Source: Candidatus Nomurabacteria bacterium (GTDB lineage: Bacteria > Patescibacteriota > Patescibacteriia > HK-STAS-PATE-3). Taken from it: a DNA stretch of 64,000 nt. The position numbers and the translations under genes are program-made. The notes beneath the pieces were generated by a model. That model ran no database searches, had not been told where the DNA came from, and saw only the letters and a list, made by a program, of their open reading frames with translations. Shown here piece after piece: positions 17,187 through 25,932 of the stretch (its first letter is position 1; every line of letters begins with the position of its first letter). The DNA lies in assembly GCA_023898465.1 (NCBI GenBank), contig CP060223.1:576001-640000 (forward strand), read 5' to 3'.

Positions 17187-19280
17187 CTACCCTCTTCCCC
17201 TAGACCGTCGCTGCTTCTTCTCCTCAAGCAAAATGTCGAGGACGCTTTTTGGCTCACCATCACTATCCATTTCAATGAAGAAATCATCAGGTGATCCCCG
17301 CTCCTCTGTCAGGGTCAGCTCTTCGTAGAGGTGCTCAGGCAGCTCGGTGATAAATGGAGACGGTCGCTGCATGTACATGGCAGTTGAGCGCATATTTACG
17401 CCGATGGAATAACTGAGGAAGAGATGCGTCTTAGCGCGAGTCACCGCAACATAGAAGAGGCGTCGCTCTTCTTCAATTCCACCCTCTTCTTTTAGGGCTC
17501 GAGGATTTGGAAAAGATCCATCATTGCAGCTGATAACAAAGACAACGTCCCACTCCAGACCTTTTGCCTGATGGATAGAGCTGACCACCATTGCCTCATC
17601 CTCACTTGCTGCGCCCGTTTCAGTGACCACGCCAAAAGATTCTTGCAAAGAAACTTCAGCTAAGAATTCGCTCAGCTTTTCATAGCGTTCAGCAAAACGA
17701 GCCAACTCAAGCAAGTCATCAATACGTTCATTCGCGTTAGGATAGGTCACCTGCAGATATTCCCGATACTCGCCTTTGGCTAATTCCTGAATCAAATCAT
17801 TTGGCGCTCGCTTCTCGTGCTGCAAAAGTTTCTTCAAGGTCTTTTGAAAACTGCGGAAACCCTCGCTGGAGCGTTGCGTTAAGGCTTTTTCGCAGGCAGC
17901 GCCGGCCAGCTCCTCAGCACTCGGCAGATCACTCAAACATTCGCGCCATAGCTTTACTCCGGTTTCCACCCCGATGCCGGGATAGAGCTGAATCACGCGT
18001 AAGAAAGCTACCTCATCGCGAGGATTATCAAGGAGTTTTAAGTAGGCTAACAAATCTTTAATATGCGCGCGTTCAAAAAAGCGCAAACCCCCGCGATAAT
18101 CATACGGGATATCCCGGCGTGTTAATTCAAATTCCAGCGACTGTGATTGATACGACGCGCGGAATAATACGGCGATGTTTTGCAAAGGAATCCCCTCTTC
18201 ACGGAACTCCAGGACACGCTGAGCAATGAATTCAGCCTCTTGTTCGCTGGAGCTGGCCGGCACAACCAAAGGCTTCACTACCCCGTGACGAATCGGATGG
18301 AGTGTTTTTTCAAACTGATCAGGGTTATGTCGGATCACATCATTCGCTACTTCTAATACCGGCTTGATCGAACGGTAATTTGTTTCTAGCTTAAAGGTTT
18401 GGCAATTAGGATACTGCTGCGGGAAATCTAAAATATTCTGCACCGTCGCCCCGCGAAAAGCGTAAATGCTCTGCGCGTCATCACCCACCACTAACAAATT
18501 CCCATGCACCGAAGCAAGTTGGCGTACAATTGATGACTGCAGACGATTTGTATCCTGGTACTCGTCGACCAAAACGTATTTGAATTGTGTGGCTAACTTT
18601 TCACGAATATCAGGCCGTGTCTGTAGGAGTTGATCCAGCAAGTAGAGCATGTCATCGAAATCTACCAGGTGATTTTTCTTTTTTCGCTTCACATACTGCT
18701 TCTGCACCGCCTCTAACTTATCCTCTAATTGGAGGAAGCTTGAAAAGCGCTTTTCTAATATATCGCGTAAATCGGACTGCGTATTAATGCAAAGACTGAG
18801 AATACTCTTCACCACAGCTGCCGAAGGAAATCGCTTACCCTTCGTATCAATACCCTCTTCTTTCACACACACATTGATGAGTGACTTAGCGTCCTCTTCA
18901 TCCAGGATAGTGAAATTAGGCGGGAAGCCAATTGCGTTCCCAAAACGGCGCAAAAGGATATTTGCAATGTGATGGAAAGTGCCGCCCCATAGGCCTTTCG
19001 GGTAAGCACCCAGCAACTCCTCCACTCGAGTCAACATTTCTCGTGAGGCTTTATTCGTAAAAGTAACTAAAAGGATGTTATCAGCCTTTACACCTTGCTC
19101 AAGAAGGTAAGCTACTCTATAGACAATAGTGCGGGTTTTGCCGGATCCAGCACCTGCTAACACCAAAACTGGCCCGTCCCCTCTCTGCACCACATCCAGC
19201 TGCTCCTGATTCAGCTCTTCTTTATAATTGACCTTCAAGGTACTCGGGTCTGTCGATTTGCGAATCACATATTCTGCCAT
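17187..19280 (-). CDS. uvrD: ATP-dependent DNA helicase, UvrD/PcrA/Rep family
   Basis: Walker A VLAGAGSGKTRT. DEYQDTN motif. 697 aa. UvrD-like C-terminal domain. Confidence 0.88.
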   Translation of the reverse strand: MAEYVIRKSTDPSTLKVNYKEELNQEQLDVVQRGDGPVLVLAGAGSGKTRTIVYRVAYLLEQGVKADNILLVTFTNKASREMLTRVEELLGAYPKGLWGGTFHHIANILLRRFGNAIGFPPNFTILDEEDAKSLINVCVKEEGIDTKGKRFPSAAVVKSILSLCINTQSDLRDILEKRFSSFLQLEDKLEAVQKQYVKRKKKNHLVDFDDMLYLLDQLLQTRPDIREKLATQFKYVLVDEYQDTNRLQSSIVRQLASVHGNLLVVGDDAQSIYAFRGATVQNILDFPQQYPNCQTFKLETNYRSIKPVLEVANDVIRHNPDQFEKTLHPIRHGVVKPLVVPASSSEQEAEFIAQRVLEFREEGIPLQNIAVLFRASYQSQSLEFELTRRDIPYDYRGGLRFFERAHIKDLLAYLKLLDNPRDEVAFLRVIQLYPGIGVETGVKLWRECLSDLPSAEELAGAACEKALTQRSSEGFRSFQKTLKKLLQHEKRAPNDLIQELAKGEYREYLQVTYPNANERIDDLLELARFAERYEKLSEFLAEVSLQESFGVVTETGAASEDEAMVVSSIHQAKGLEWDVVFVISCNDGSFPNPRALKEEGGIEEERRLFYVAVTRAKTHLFLSYSIGVNMRSTAMYMQRPSPFITELPEHLYEELTLTEERGSPDDFFIEMDSDGEPKSVLDILLEEKKQRRSRGRG

Positions 19281-19632
19281 AGCTCACGTATCCTAGCATA
19301 TCCCTATCTCAACAGAAAATAGAAAGGGGCAACTCCTCAGAGTCACCCCATGAATCTCAGCAGCGGCGACCGGATCCGTAATAGGATTCCTTTTCAGCTC
19401 GAGTCGCCTGGCGGCAATGATCGAAGGGGTGCAAACTGCACTCCAACCAGACACCTCAACTGCCAGTGAGTTGCATGGTCCCCTTGCAATCCTTGACCGG
19501 GCACTGATCACCCCTCTTCACTTCATCGAAGTTGGGCTTCCCTGCGTCCTCTTGAACAGCCGCGTTTCCCATGATCCCCTCCTCAGAACGTGAGTATTGA
19601 GAACAAGTGAACAAAAAAACACTAGCACGAGA

Positions 19633-19678
19633 TGAAAAAAAAGAAAAAGCCTCAGTGCAAACGCATGAGGCTTGGTAA
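19633..19678 (-). terminator. Intrinsic terminator (minus strand). Hairpin AGCCTCATGCGTTTGCACTGAGGCT followed by TTTTTCTTTTTTTT.
   Basis: Plus strand shows aaaaaaaagaaaaagcctcagtgcaaacgcatgaggct. Read on the minus strand the U-tract follows the 8-bp stem. Confidence 0.6.
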
Positions 19679-19679
19679 A

Positions 19680-20440
19680 GGTTTGACCCGGGACAGTGCG
19701 CACGCAAACGTGCTGCCAGGGACACCGCCCCGGGTCCGGGCGTGGCTCTCAGCCAAAAAAGGATCGTATACAGATCCTAGCGCGAGCGCTTCGTTAGGTC
19801 AAATAAAGAAAAAGGCCCCGTCACTACTACATTGGATGTGTAGCGTGACGGGGCCTGCGCCGGCGCGTAGGAGCGGCGGCGTGAATCGGCCTATCAGCGA
19901 ACCCGGCGGGCGTTTGCAGCGAGTGCTGTTCCCAATGGGTCGACCGCGGATGGCCGAAGTGTGCGGACCGGAGAGGGCGCGTCCCGGCGACAAAAAGTGT
20001 CGTCGAGGCGAAACCGACTAGCCGGTCGCGATGAATGTAATCAGAGATCAAGCCGTCAAAGGACGGTATGCTTCGTTCGAGCTGATGAGACCCTGCATCA
20101 GTGACAGGTGGTCACAACCGGGTCTTCCGATGAAAAGCTGTGACCATCGACTCCCACTTAGCGTTCACGCCGTTGATGCTGCGCATCATCATTGGTGCGC
20201 CGCTTCATGGGGCGAGTTAGGGCAGGACCGATGGTCCTACCCGCAAAGCTAGGTCGGATGTCCGTGGGTCATTCGTTCCTCCTTCTGCCCCTAACGCGTG
20301 TCAGGGGCGGGGTCCGCGCCGTCCGTCAGGCGCGTCGCCGGCCGTCGAGGGCGATCGTCGCGATGGTCGTCGTCGAATCGTAATAGGCGCTGCGGAGCGA
20401 AGTCGGGGGTCCATGGAGATTCATCTCGGACTCCTTTCGG
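19680..20440. other. GC-rich (about 60-65%) non-coding island with no credible ORF. Candidate structured ncRNA or degraded foreign DNA.
   Basis: Composition contrasts with the 45-48% GC neighbours. All ORFs here are short, overlapping and R/P/A-rich. Minus-strand terminator-like hairpins at 19814-19855 and 19761-19777 and a promoter-like TTGACC-17-TAGGAT (minus) at 19802-19774. Confidence 0.4.
19801..19855 (-). terminator. Intrinsic terminator (minus strand). GGCCCCGTCAC...GTGACGGGGCC followed by TTTTTCTTTATTT.
   Basis: 11-bp perfect stem read directly. The T-tract lies on the minus strand (plus-strand aaataaagaaaaa at 19801-19813). Confidence 0.6.
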
Positions 20441-20638
20441 TTCGCGGTGATATCGTCTGGCGACACCACCATCCACGTACTCTCTCAAACATCTCTGGTT
20501 GTTGAGGTGCAAGTTGGGTCGCTTCTCGCTAACCAACGGGAAGACACTAGCACAGCTCAAGAAATATGTCAACCCCAGGGGCTCAATAAATTTTCTGCAA
20601 ACAAAAATAAAATCAAAAAAGTCCAATAAAAAGCCCTC

Positions 20639-20666
20639 TTGACATTCGGTTTTTCTTCGGTATATC
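20639..20666 (+). promoter_or_regulatory. lexA promoter (TTGACA-16-TATATC) with the 16-mer TTCGGTTTTTCTTCGG occupying the spacer. Candidate LexA operator.
   Basis: cTTGACAtTTCGGTTTTTCTTCGGTATATCatagtcacATG. The identical 16-mer recurs at 21321-21336. Confidence 0.5.
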
Positions 20667-20674
20667 ATAGTCAC

Positions 20675-21301
20675 ATGACCGTTGTACTACCAAAGAAGAA
20701 ACAAGAGCTCCTGAAATACCTTCAGGAATATATTACTGAACATAGCTACGCCCCTACCCTGACCGAGATAGCGAAAAAGTTTGGCGTGTCCTCACTTGCT
20801 ACGATTCACGAGCATCTCGCCTTTTTAGAGGAGAACGGCTTTATCCGTCGTGATAAGCAACAAGCCCGTGGAATTACCCTGCTCAATCCAGAGGATAACG
20901 CTACGCAAAGTGAAAGCGCCTTGAATACAATAGAATTACCAATCGTTGGGGTTATCACCGCAGGTGCACCAATTGAGGCTATTGAGGATCGCGACCGCAC
21001 GCTTTCCGTCCCCCAGGAAATCGCTGGCCGTAAAAACGCCTATGTATTAAAGGTGCGCGGCGATTCTATGATTGAAAGTCTCATTGCTGACGGTGATTTC
21101 GTTGTTGTAGAAAAAACTGAATACGCAAAAGATGGTGACACTGTTGTAGCAATGCTAGAGGACGGCACCGCTACCTTAAAGAAATTCTTTAAGCATAAGA
21201 GCTATATTCGCCTACAACCAGCTAACAAGGCATATGCACCAATTAAAGTACCATCCGTAGTTATTCAAGGACGCGTACTTGGTGTCATGCGCAAAATGTA
21301 A
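20675..21301 (+). CDS. lexA: LexA repressor (S24 peptidase family)
   Basis: N-terminal wHTH (LTEIAKKFGVSSLATIHEHLAFLEENGFI). C-terminal S24 domain with GDSM (Ser nucleophile) and a later Lys. Start moved to the internal Met at 20675 because the promoter lies inside the longer annotated ORF. Confidence 0.85.
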   Translation: MTVVLPKKKQELLKYLQEYITEHSYAPTLTEIAKKFGVSSLATIHEHLAFLEENGFIRRDKQQARGITLLNPEDNATQSESALNTIELPIVGVITAGAPIEAIEDRDRTLSVPQEIAGRKNAYVLKVRGDSMIESLIADGDFVVVEKTEYAKDGDTVVAMLEDGTATLKKFFKHKSYIRLQPANKAYAPIKVPSVVIQGRVLGVMRKM

Positions 21302-21320
21302 TTTTTATTTATCTTTTATC

Positions 21321-21336
21321 TTCGGTTTTTCTTCGG
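21321..21336 (+). promoter_or_regulatory. Second copy of TTCGGTTTTTCTTCGG, 3 nt upstream of the Y-family polymerase start codon
   Basis: tatcTTCGGTTTTTCTTCGGcctATG. Exact 16/16 identity to the lexA promoter element. Confidence 0.45.
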
Positions 21337-21339
21337 CCT

Positions 21340-22527
21340 ATGAAACCCTCCCCTCTTATCAAGCGTTATATCCACGTCCGTTTAAATAGTTTTCTCGCTA
21401 GTATTGTTGAGAGAGAAAACCCCAAACTACAGGGTCGGCCTATTGTAATAAGCGAAATGCATAATAATGAAGAACGCGTGCTGAGTTGTAATATCCCAGC
21501 AAAAAAGCTAGGCATCCAAAAGGGCGATACAATTTTACAGGCAAAGAAGCGCTGTACTTGGGTGGCGGTATTTCCTAGTGACATTGAATTAGCAAAAACC
21601 TATGCGAAAGAGTTTATTGCCCTACTCTGTCGATTTTCCACTAAGGTCTATCCGCATAATCGTTTAGACGAAGCCTACATTGAGCTAGACGTCAGTGGAA
21701 TTGCTGCAAGCTCTCCAGAGGAGTTTGCGGCAACTATCCAGCGAAGCATTAAGGTACAACTTGGTTTAAATGCTAGCATTGGAATTGCACGCACTCGTTC
21801 GGTTGCCTGGAGCGCTGCACTGCATAAGCAGCCCGAAGGGATTACCAGTGTGCCTATTGGTAGTGAGCGCGCTTTTCTTTACCCTCTTCCACTTACTCAG
21901 CTCTACTCGCTGGGACAGCGCTCACGCGAATACCTCCTCTCGCATGGTATTCGGACTATTGGCCAACTAGCTGCTTGCTCCAGTAATTGGTTAGTGGAAC
22001 AGTTTGGCAGTGCAGGATATGAGCTACTTCAGTTAGGTCATGGCCAGGATATAAAAGAAGTGAAAACGCCAACTTTACAGAAGTCTATTTCGCGCTCACT
22101 TCGCTTCGAGGCTCCAACAAGTAATCCTGCATTAATTGAAACTACAGTAGCTCACTTAAGTGAAAAGGCTCTTCGTACGCTCCAAAAGCAGGGTCGACGT
22201 GCTGAGACCGTGGTGCTGCAAGTGACCGACATTTACGGTCGCTCACACCAAAGTCATGCAAAACTTTCTAGCTCACGAAACTCATTCCAAAAAGGACTTT
22301 ACAGTGTTTTTCGTCATCTTACCGCTCAGGTGAGCGCTATTCGTTCTATTGCCGTGCAGCTGCACACGTTGCTAGAAACACCGCAGGAGCAACCAAATCG
22401 TGTATGGCAAAGTCAGCCGGTACAATCAGCTATTTTAGGTCTAGAGTGGAGATCGGGTCAGCGGGCCAGAAAAGCAGCAAGATCAGGCAGCTTGGTGCAG
22501 TTACCACTACTCGGTATGAGCGCTTAG
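21340..22527 (+). CDS. Y-family DNA polymerase homolog (DinB/ImuB-like) lacking the first catalytic Asp motif
   Basis: N-terminus YIHVRLNSFLASIVERENPKLQGRPIVIS aligns to the DinB IHVDMDCFFAAVE...GKPVAV, but DMD is replaced by RLN. The second acidic motif is retained (LDEAYIELD). 395 aa. Confidence 0.65.
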   Translation: MKPSPLIKRYIHVRLNSFLASIVERENPKLQGRPIVISEMHNNEERVLSCNIPAKKLGIQKGDTILQAKKRCTWVAVFPSDIELAKTYAKEFIALLCRFSTKVYPHNRLDEAYIELDVSGIAASSPEEFAATIQRSIKVQLGLNASIGIARTRSVAWSAALHKQPEGITSVPIGSERAFLYPLPLTQLYSLGQRSREYLLSHGIRTIGQLAACSSNWLVEQFGSAGYELLQLGHGQDIKEVKTPTLQKSISRSLRFEAPTSNPALIETTVAHLSEKALRTLQKQGRRAETVVLQVTDIYGRSHQSHAKLSSSRNSFQKGLYSVFRHLTAQVSAIRSIAVQLHTLLETPQEQPNRVWQSQPVQSAILGLEWRSGQRARKAARSGSLVQLPLLGMSA

Positions 22528-22925
22528 CGTTTTTTGGGAAGTATTATGTTTGGCTCCCCACTATAGCGTGGAGTGAGCGCTTGCTTCTTTGCTAAGCGAG
22601 CCAATCCGCTATGCAATGTTTCGGGATCTACACCATCTACGGTAGCGATCGGAATTTTATGCACATAACCTAAAGACAAGGCAACGCTCATACATGCGCG
22701 CATGAGCGAGAAGCGACCAACCCCTTCAGTAACAAAAATTCCTGAGAGTGTTTTTGGTTCTACTTTTGCTTTTTTTAAAAGCGCTTCAACTAACTTTAGT
22801 GCGCTGGCGCTTTTTTCGCGAGACAGCAAGAAAGAATCCTTATAGATAATCTTCTGACCATCGTAAAGACTAGCAATGATATATTCAGACTGACTGCTGT
22901 CGAGTACTAGATACTTTTTCTTCAT
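22524..22925 (-). CDS. tsaB: tRNA threonylcarbamoyladenosine biosynthesis protein TsaB (YeaZ-like, N-terminal domain only)
   Basis: YLVLDSSQSEYIIASLYDGQ...SGIFVTEGVGRFSLMRACMSVALSLGYVHKIPIATV matches the TsaB/Kae1-fold N-terminus (LAIDTS..., GPGSFTGLRIG...). About 134 aa. Confidence 0.6.
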   Translation of the reverse strand: MKKKYLVLDSSQSEYIIASLYDGQKIIYKDSFLLSREKSASALKLVEALLKKAKVEPKTLSGIFVTEGVGRFSLMRACMSVALSLGYVHKIPIATVDGVDPETLHSGLARLAKKQALTPRYSGEPNIILPKKR

Positions 22926-23577
22926 GCGCTTTAACTGCATCATCTTTCTTTATCTCTGTCTTTTGTCGCATCGTTACACCTAAACGATCAATCATAACTA
23001 TGCGTTTATTTTCCAGAATATGGAAAATGAAGCGATCAGTTAAATCATTGCGATACTGAAACTCACGGGCCGAGAAAACAGTATAGCGTAATTGCGAGCT
23101 AACTTCCTTTTGCAATACCCCAAGCAACTTCTTTAACTTTGCTTTATTTATCTTACCTACAAGTAAAACATCTGTGAGCGTATTTGGAATTCCGGTAAAT
23201 ACTCCAGTAAGTACTAATAGTTTAACTGAACCTATCTTACTAATCGCATCCAGGAAGCTTTTTTGCAGAACTACCTGCGACTTAAGGAAGAGAGATTGCA
23301 GCTCACTGTAGAGAACAAAATCGGTGTTCACGCGGTAGTATTTTTTCCTATCTTCCACCTTTGACTCCAGTATATCTAATCGCTCCAAATGCTCTAGCTC
23401 CCGTCTGATTGAGTTCATGTGCTCATCTAAGGTGCGACAAATTTCCCGCACAAAGTACCATTCCTCTGGATGTAGGAAGAAAAGCCGTAGTAGCTTGGCT
23501 CGAGTTCTTGATCCAAATATGTGTTCAAGCATGGTTTTGACTGACTTGTCGGGAATAAGCGTTTTTAGTATAGTCAA
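22885..23577 (-). CDS. Winged-helix (ArsR/MarR-like) transcriptional regulator with C-terminal extension
   Basis: N-terminus LEHIFGSRTRAKLLRLFFLHPEEWYFVREICRTLDEHMNSIRRELEHLERLDIL is a typical wHTH. Confidence 0.5.
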   Translation of the reverse strand: MTILKTLIPDKSVKTMLEHIFGSRTRAKLLRLFFLHPEEWYFVREICRTLDEHMNSIRRELEHLERLDILESKVEDRKKYYRVNTDFVLYSELQSLFLKSQVVLQKSFLDAISKIGSVKLLVLTGVFTGIPNTLTDVLLVGKINKAKLKKLLGVLQKEVSSQLRYTVFSAREFQYRNDLTDRFIFHILENKRIVMIDRLGVTMRQKTEIKKDDAVKAHEEKVSSTRQQSV

Positions 23578-23641
23578 AAGCGGTTATAGCCGCAAGGAGG
23601 ACCTAGCTGTCGCTTCAGCGGAATACGCCTGAAATAGCCTT

Positions 23642-25879
23642 ATGGCGCAGCTATCACATACACTAGAAAAAGTACTACTTTGCGACCCGGAGCGAAATAC
23701 CTCTTTGGTCCATATTCATGTACCAGAAAGCACCCCTGTCGAATTCCGTACACTGGGGCAGCTTTTCTTTATTGTAGAAATCGATCGGCAGCTCCCAATT
23801 AACCAAGAGCTGGTAGGTGTTGTCGAGGAAGAAATGCAAAAAGCCTACTATCAGACTGCTCAGCTCAGAGTAGAGCCGGCCTTTGAACAAGCTCTACAGC
23901 ACGTGAACGAACAACTCTACCAACTTATTGAGGGTGGCGTTACTGAATGGCTAGAGCACTTCAATATTGTGGTCGGTATAGTGAAGGATGATCTCATCCT
24001 TTTTGCCCATCTCGGCAATATCAGCGCAGTGCTTATACATGGAGGTCGCGTAACTGACATCATTGCGAACGCGGGACGTGAGCGTGAAAAAGTGAATCCT
24101 TTAAAAATCTTTTCAACGGTAGTATCGGGCACAATTACCGATGGCGACCACATCCTCTTCTATACTCCTAGCGTCCTTGACTATCTCTCGCAGGAAAAAT
24201 TAAAGAGAATTGTGCTTGAACGAACACCGGACGAAGCCGTGCATCAGCTTGATGTGCTACTTGATGAGGCTTCACACCACGCCGCTTTTGGGCTCCTGTT
24301 ATTACACTCGACTCGAGAGCGAGAAACCGTACATCTGCAAACCACTCGGACCACTACCCCACGCGCTCCGATGCATACACAGTCCTCAATGGAGCACTTG
24401 ATCGCCCGAGAACGTTCGACTGATCGCTTGCTTGCACCGTCCTTCTGGTTAACGGCACGACAAATCACCAGCGCAATTACGCAAAATATTCGATCAACAT
24501 TTGGACGCATTCGATCAACGCAGAAAACAACTCGTCGACCCTACTTAGGCACGGAACATAGCTCCCCTGCTTCAGAGTATGCTATGCCGCAGCGTGAGAG
24601 CTCCGGCACAAAAGCTGGATTACAATCAATTGCTCGTATATCGACTCGTAGCGGTAAAGCAGTAGGTCGATCATTGCAAAGTACTTTTGCCAAGCGACAA
24701 CAATGGTTTGATTTCTTGAAGGCGGTACCGAGCGGGCTAGGTCGAGTAACGAACCGTTTTGTACGAAACTTTTTAGCATGGAGCTTTACTCGAAAAGCAA
24801 TTTTCTTTGCAATTATCATTGTGCTCTTCTTTTTTGCCCAGAGCATCGTGAGTATTGGTCGGCGCGGAGCAGTAGAAGAAGCTCAACGACAAGAAACTGA
24901 GGCGGTGGCAGCAATTGAAGAAAAGACTTTTCAAGCCGAGGCATCACTTAGCTACGAAGATGAGGCACGAGCCAATACCCTACTCGATGAAGCCGAGGCC
25001 CTGATTGCTGCGCTAGAAAATAAAGACACTGACGCGGTGCGTAGTGCACAGAATGAAATAAATACCTTACGCGAACAAGCGAACCGAGTAGTACGAATCA
25101 GCGAGCCAACAACGCTGGCCGATCTTAGTCAGCAAGACGGCTTTACCTCTACTCGCTTTATCAACGCGCTAGCAGATACCCTTTATCTGCCAGACCAGAA
25201 TGGTTCGAAGATGTGGGCCGTTGATGGTAATGGCAACGTTGTAGGGATTGATACAGGAATAGATGGTCTAGGGGCGCCAACAATGTCGGCCCTCCAGGGC
25301 GGTCAAAGCATTATTGTGTATCACGACAACGGTGCGGTCTATGCAATAAACGCTGCAAATACCATTCAACTTCTCAGCTTTACTCCCCCGTCGGAAAGTA
25401 AAGACTTTGTCGCGATGTCTACGTATCAATCGCGAGTATACATTCTCGACAAACTAAATAATCAAATTTATCGCTCACTCCAGGGTAGTGCTGCTATTGG
25501 GACTGCAAGTGAATGGCTCGATGCTAACTATGATCTTTCTCAAAGCGTCGATCTAGCAGTTGATGGCACAATCTATGTTGCTGATGAATCTGGTGCAGTG
25601 CGAGAATTCTCTCAAGGAACTCAAGACGACTTCACTCTGCAAGACATCACACCGGCCGTGAATCACATTGATCGAATTTGGACTGATGCTGAGGCAAACA
25701 ATCTGTACATCCTTGATCGTAATGAAAAGCGTTTACTAGTCTTCACGAAGAATGGTCGACTCCGACAGCAATACACCTCGGAGGCTTGGGATGATCTGAG
25801 GGCTATGAGTATAGATGAGGCGAATGATATCGCCTATCTCCTCAGCGGTACTAAAATATATACACTCGAACTACAGTAA
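23642..25879 (+). CDS. Large membrane protein. N-terminal PP2C/SpoIIE-like phosphatase-like domain, a central TM helix, and a C-terminal beta-propeller-like (NHL/YVTN-type) repeat region.
   Basis: 745 aa. Central TM FFAIIIVLFFFAQSIV. C-terminal repeated motifs (IYVADESGAV, LYILDRNEKRLLVF). The N-terminal domain assignment is tentative. Confidence 0.4.
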   Translation: MAQLSHTLEKVLLCDPERNTSLVHIHVPESTPVEFRTLGQLFFIVEIDRQLPINQELVGVVEEEMQKAYYQTAQLRVEPAFEQALQHVNEQLYQLIEGGVTEWLEHFNIVVGIVKDDLILFAHLGNISAVLIHGGRVTDIIANAGREREKVNPLKIFSTVVSGTITDGDHILFYTPSVLDYLSQEKLKRIVLERTPDEAVHQLDVLLDEASHHAAFGLLLLHSTRERETVHLQTTRTTTPRAPMHTQSSMEHLIARERSTDRLLAPSFWLTARQITSAITQNIRSTFGRIRSTQKTTRRPYLGTEHSSPASEYAMPQRESSGTKAGLQSIARISTRSGKAVGRSLQSTFAKRQQWFDFLKAVPSGLGRVTNRFVRNFLAWSFTRKAIFFAIIIVLFFFAQSIVSIGRRGAVEEAQRQETEAVAAIEEKTFQAEASLSYEDEARANTLLDEAEALIAALENKDTDAVRSAQNEINTLREQANRVVRISEPTTLADLSQQDGFTSTRFINALADTLYLPDQNGSKMWAVDGNGNVVGIDTGIDGLGAPTMSALQGGQSIIVYHDNGAVYAINAANTIQLLSFTPPSESKDFVAMSTYQSRVYILDKLNNQIYRSLQGSAAIGTASEWLDANYDLSQSVDLAVDGTIYVADESGAVREFSQGTQDDFTLQDITPAVNHIDRIWTDAEANNLYILDRNEKRLLVFTKNGRLRQQYTSEAWDDLRAMSIDEANDIAYLLSGTKIYTLELQ

Positions 25880-25883
25880 AGCA

Positions 25884-25912
25884 AACGCCGGGCATCTTGC
25901 CCGGCGTTTTTT
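25884..25912. terminator. Bidirectional intrinsic terminator between convergent genes
   Basis: AACGCCGGGCATCTTGCCCGGCGTT hairpin with TTTTTTG on plus and A/T-rich flank on minus. Confidence 0.7.
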
Positions 25913-25932
25913 GATTCGAGATTGAAGTGGAA

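Noticed and set aside
19731-19910. Plus-strand 8-9-mers GUCCGGGC and GAACCCGGC identical to RNase P CR-I/CR-V cores
   Set aside because: They are only about 165 nt apart with no CR-II/CR-III between them. Probably chance in GC-rich DNA.
19632-20021. 129-aa plus-strand ORF MKKKKKPQCKRMRLGKG... in the GC island
   Set aside because: Pro/Arg/Gly-rich junk translation typical of GC-rich non-coding DNA. No RBS.
19850-20420. Possible tmRNA (minus strand contains GAUUCGACG like the tmRNA 5' D-loop analogue and ends at a terminator)
   Set aside because: No GGGG..G3.U70 acceptor start. No T-arm GGUUCGANUCC or ..CCACCA 3' end. No tag ORF ending in a hydrophobic ..AA-stop. The match is a single 9-mer in GC-rich sequence.
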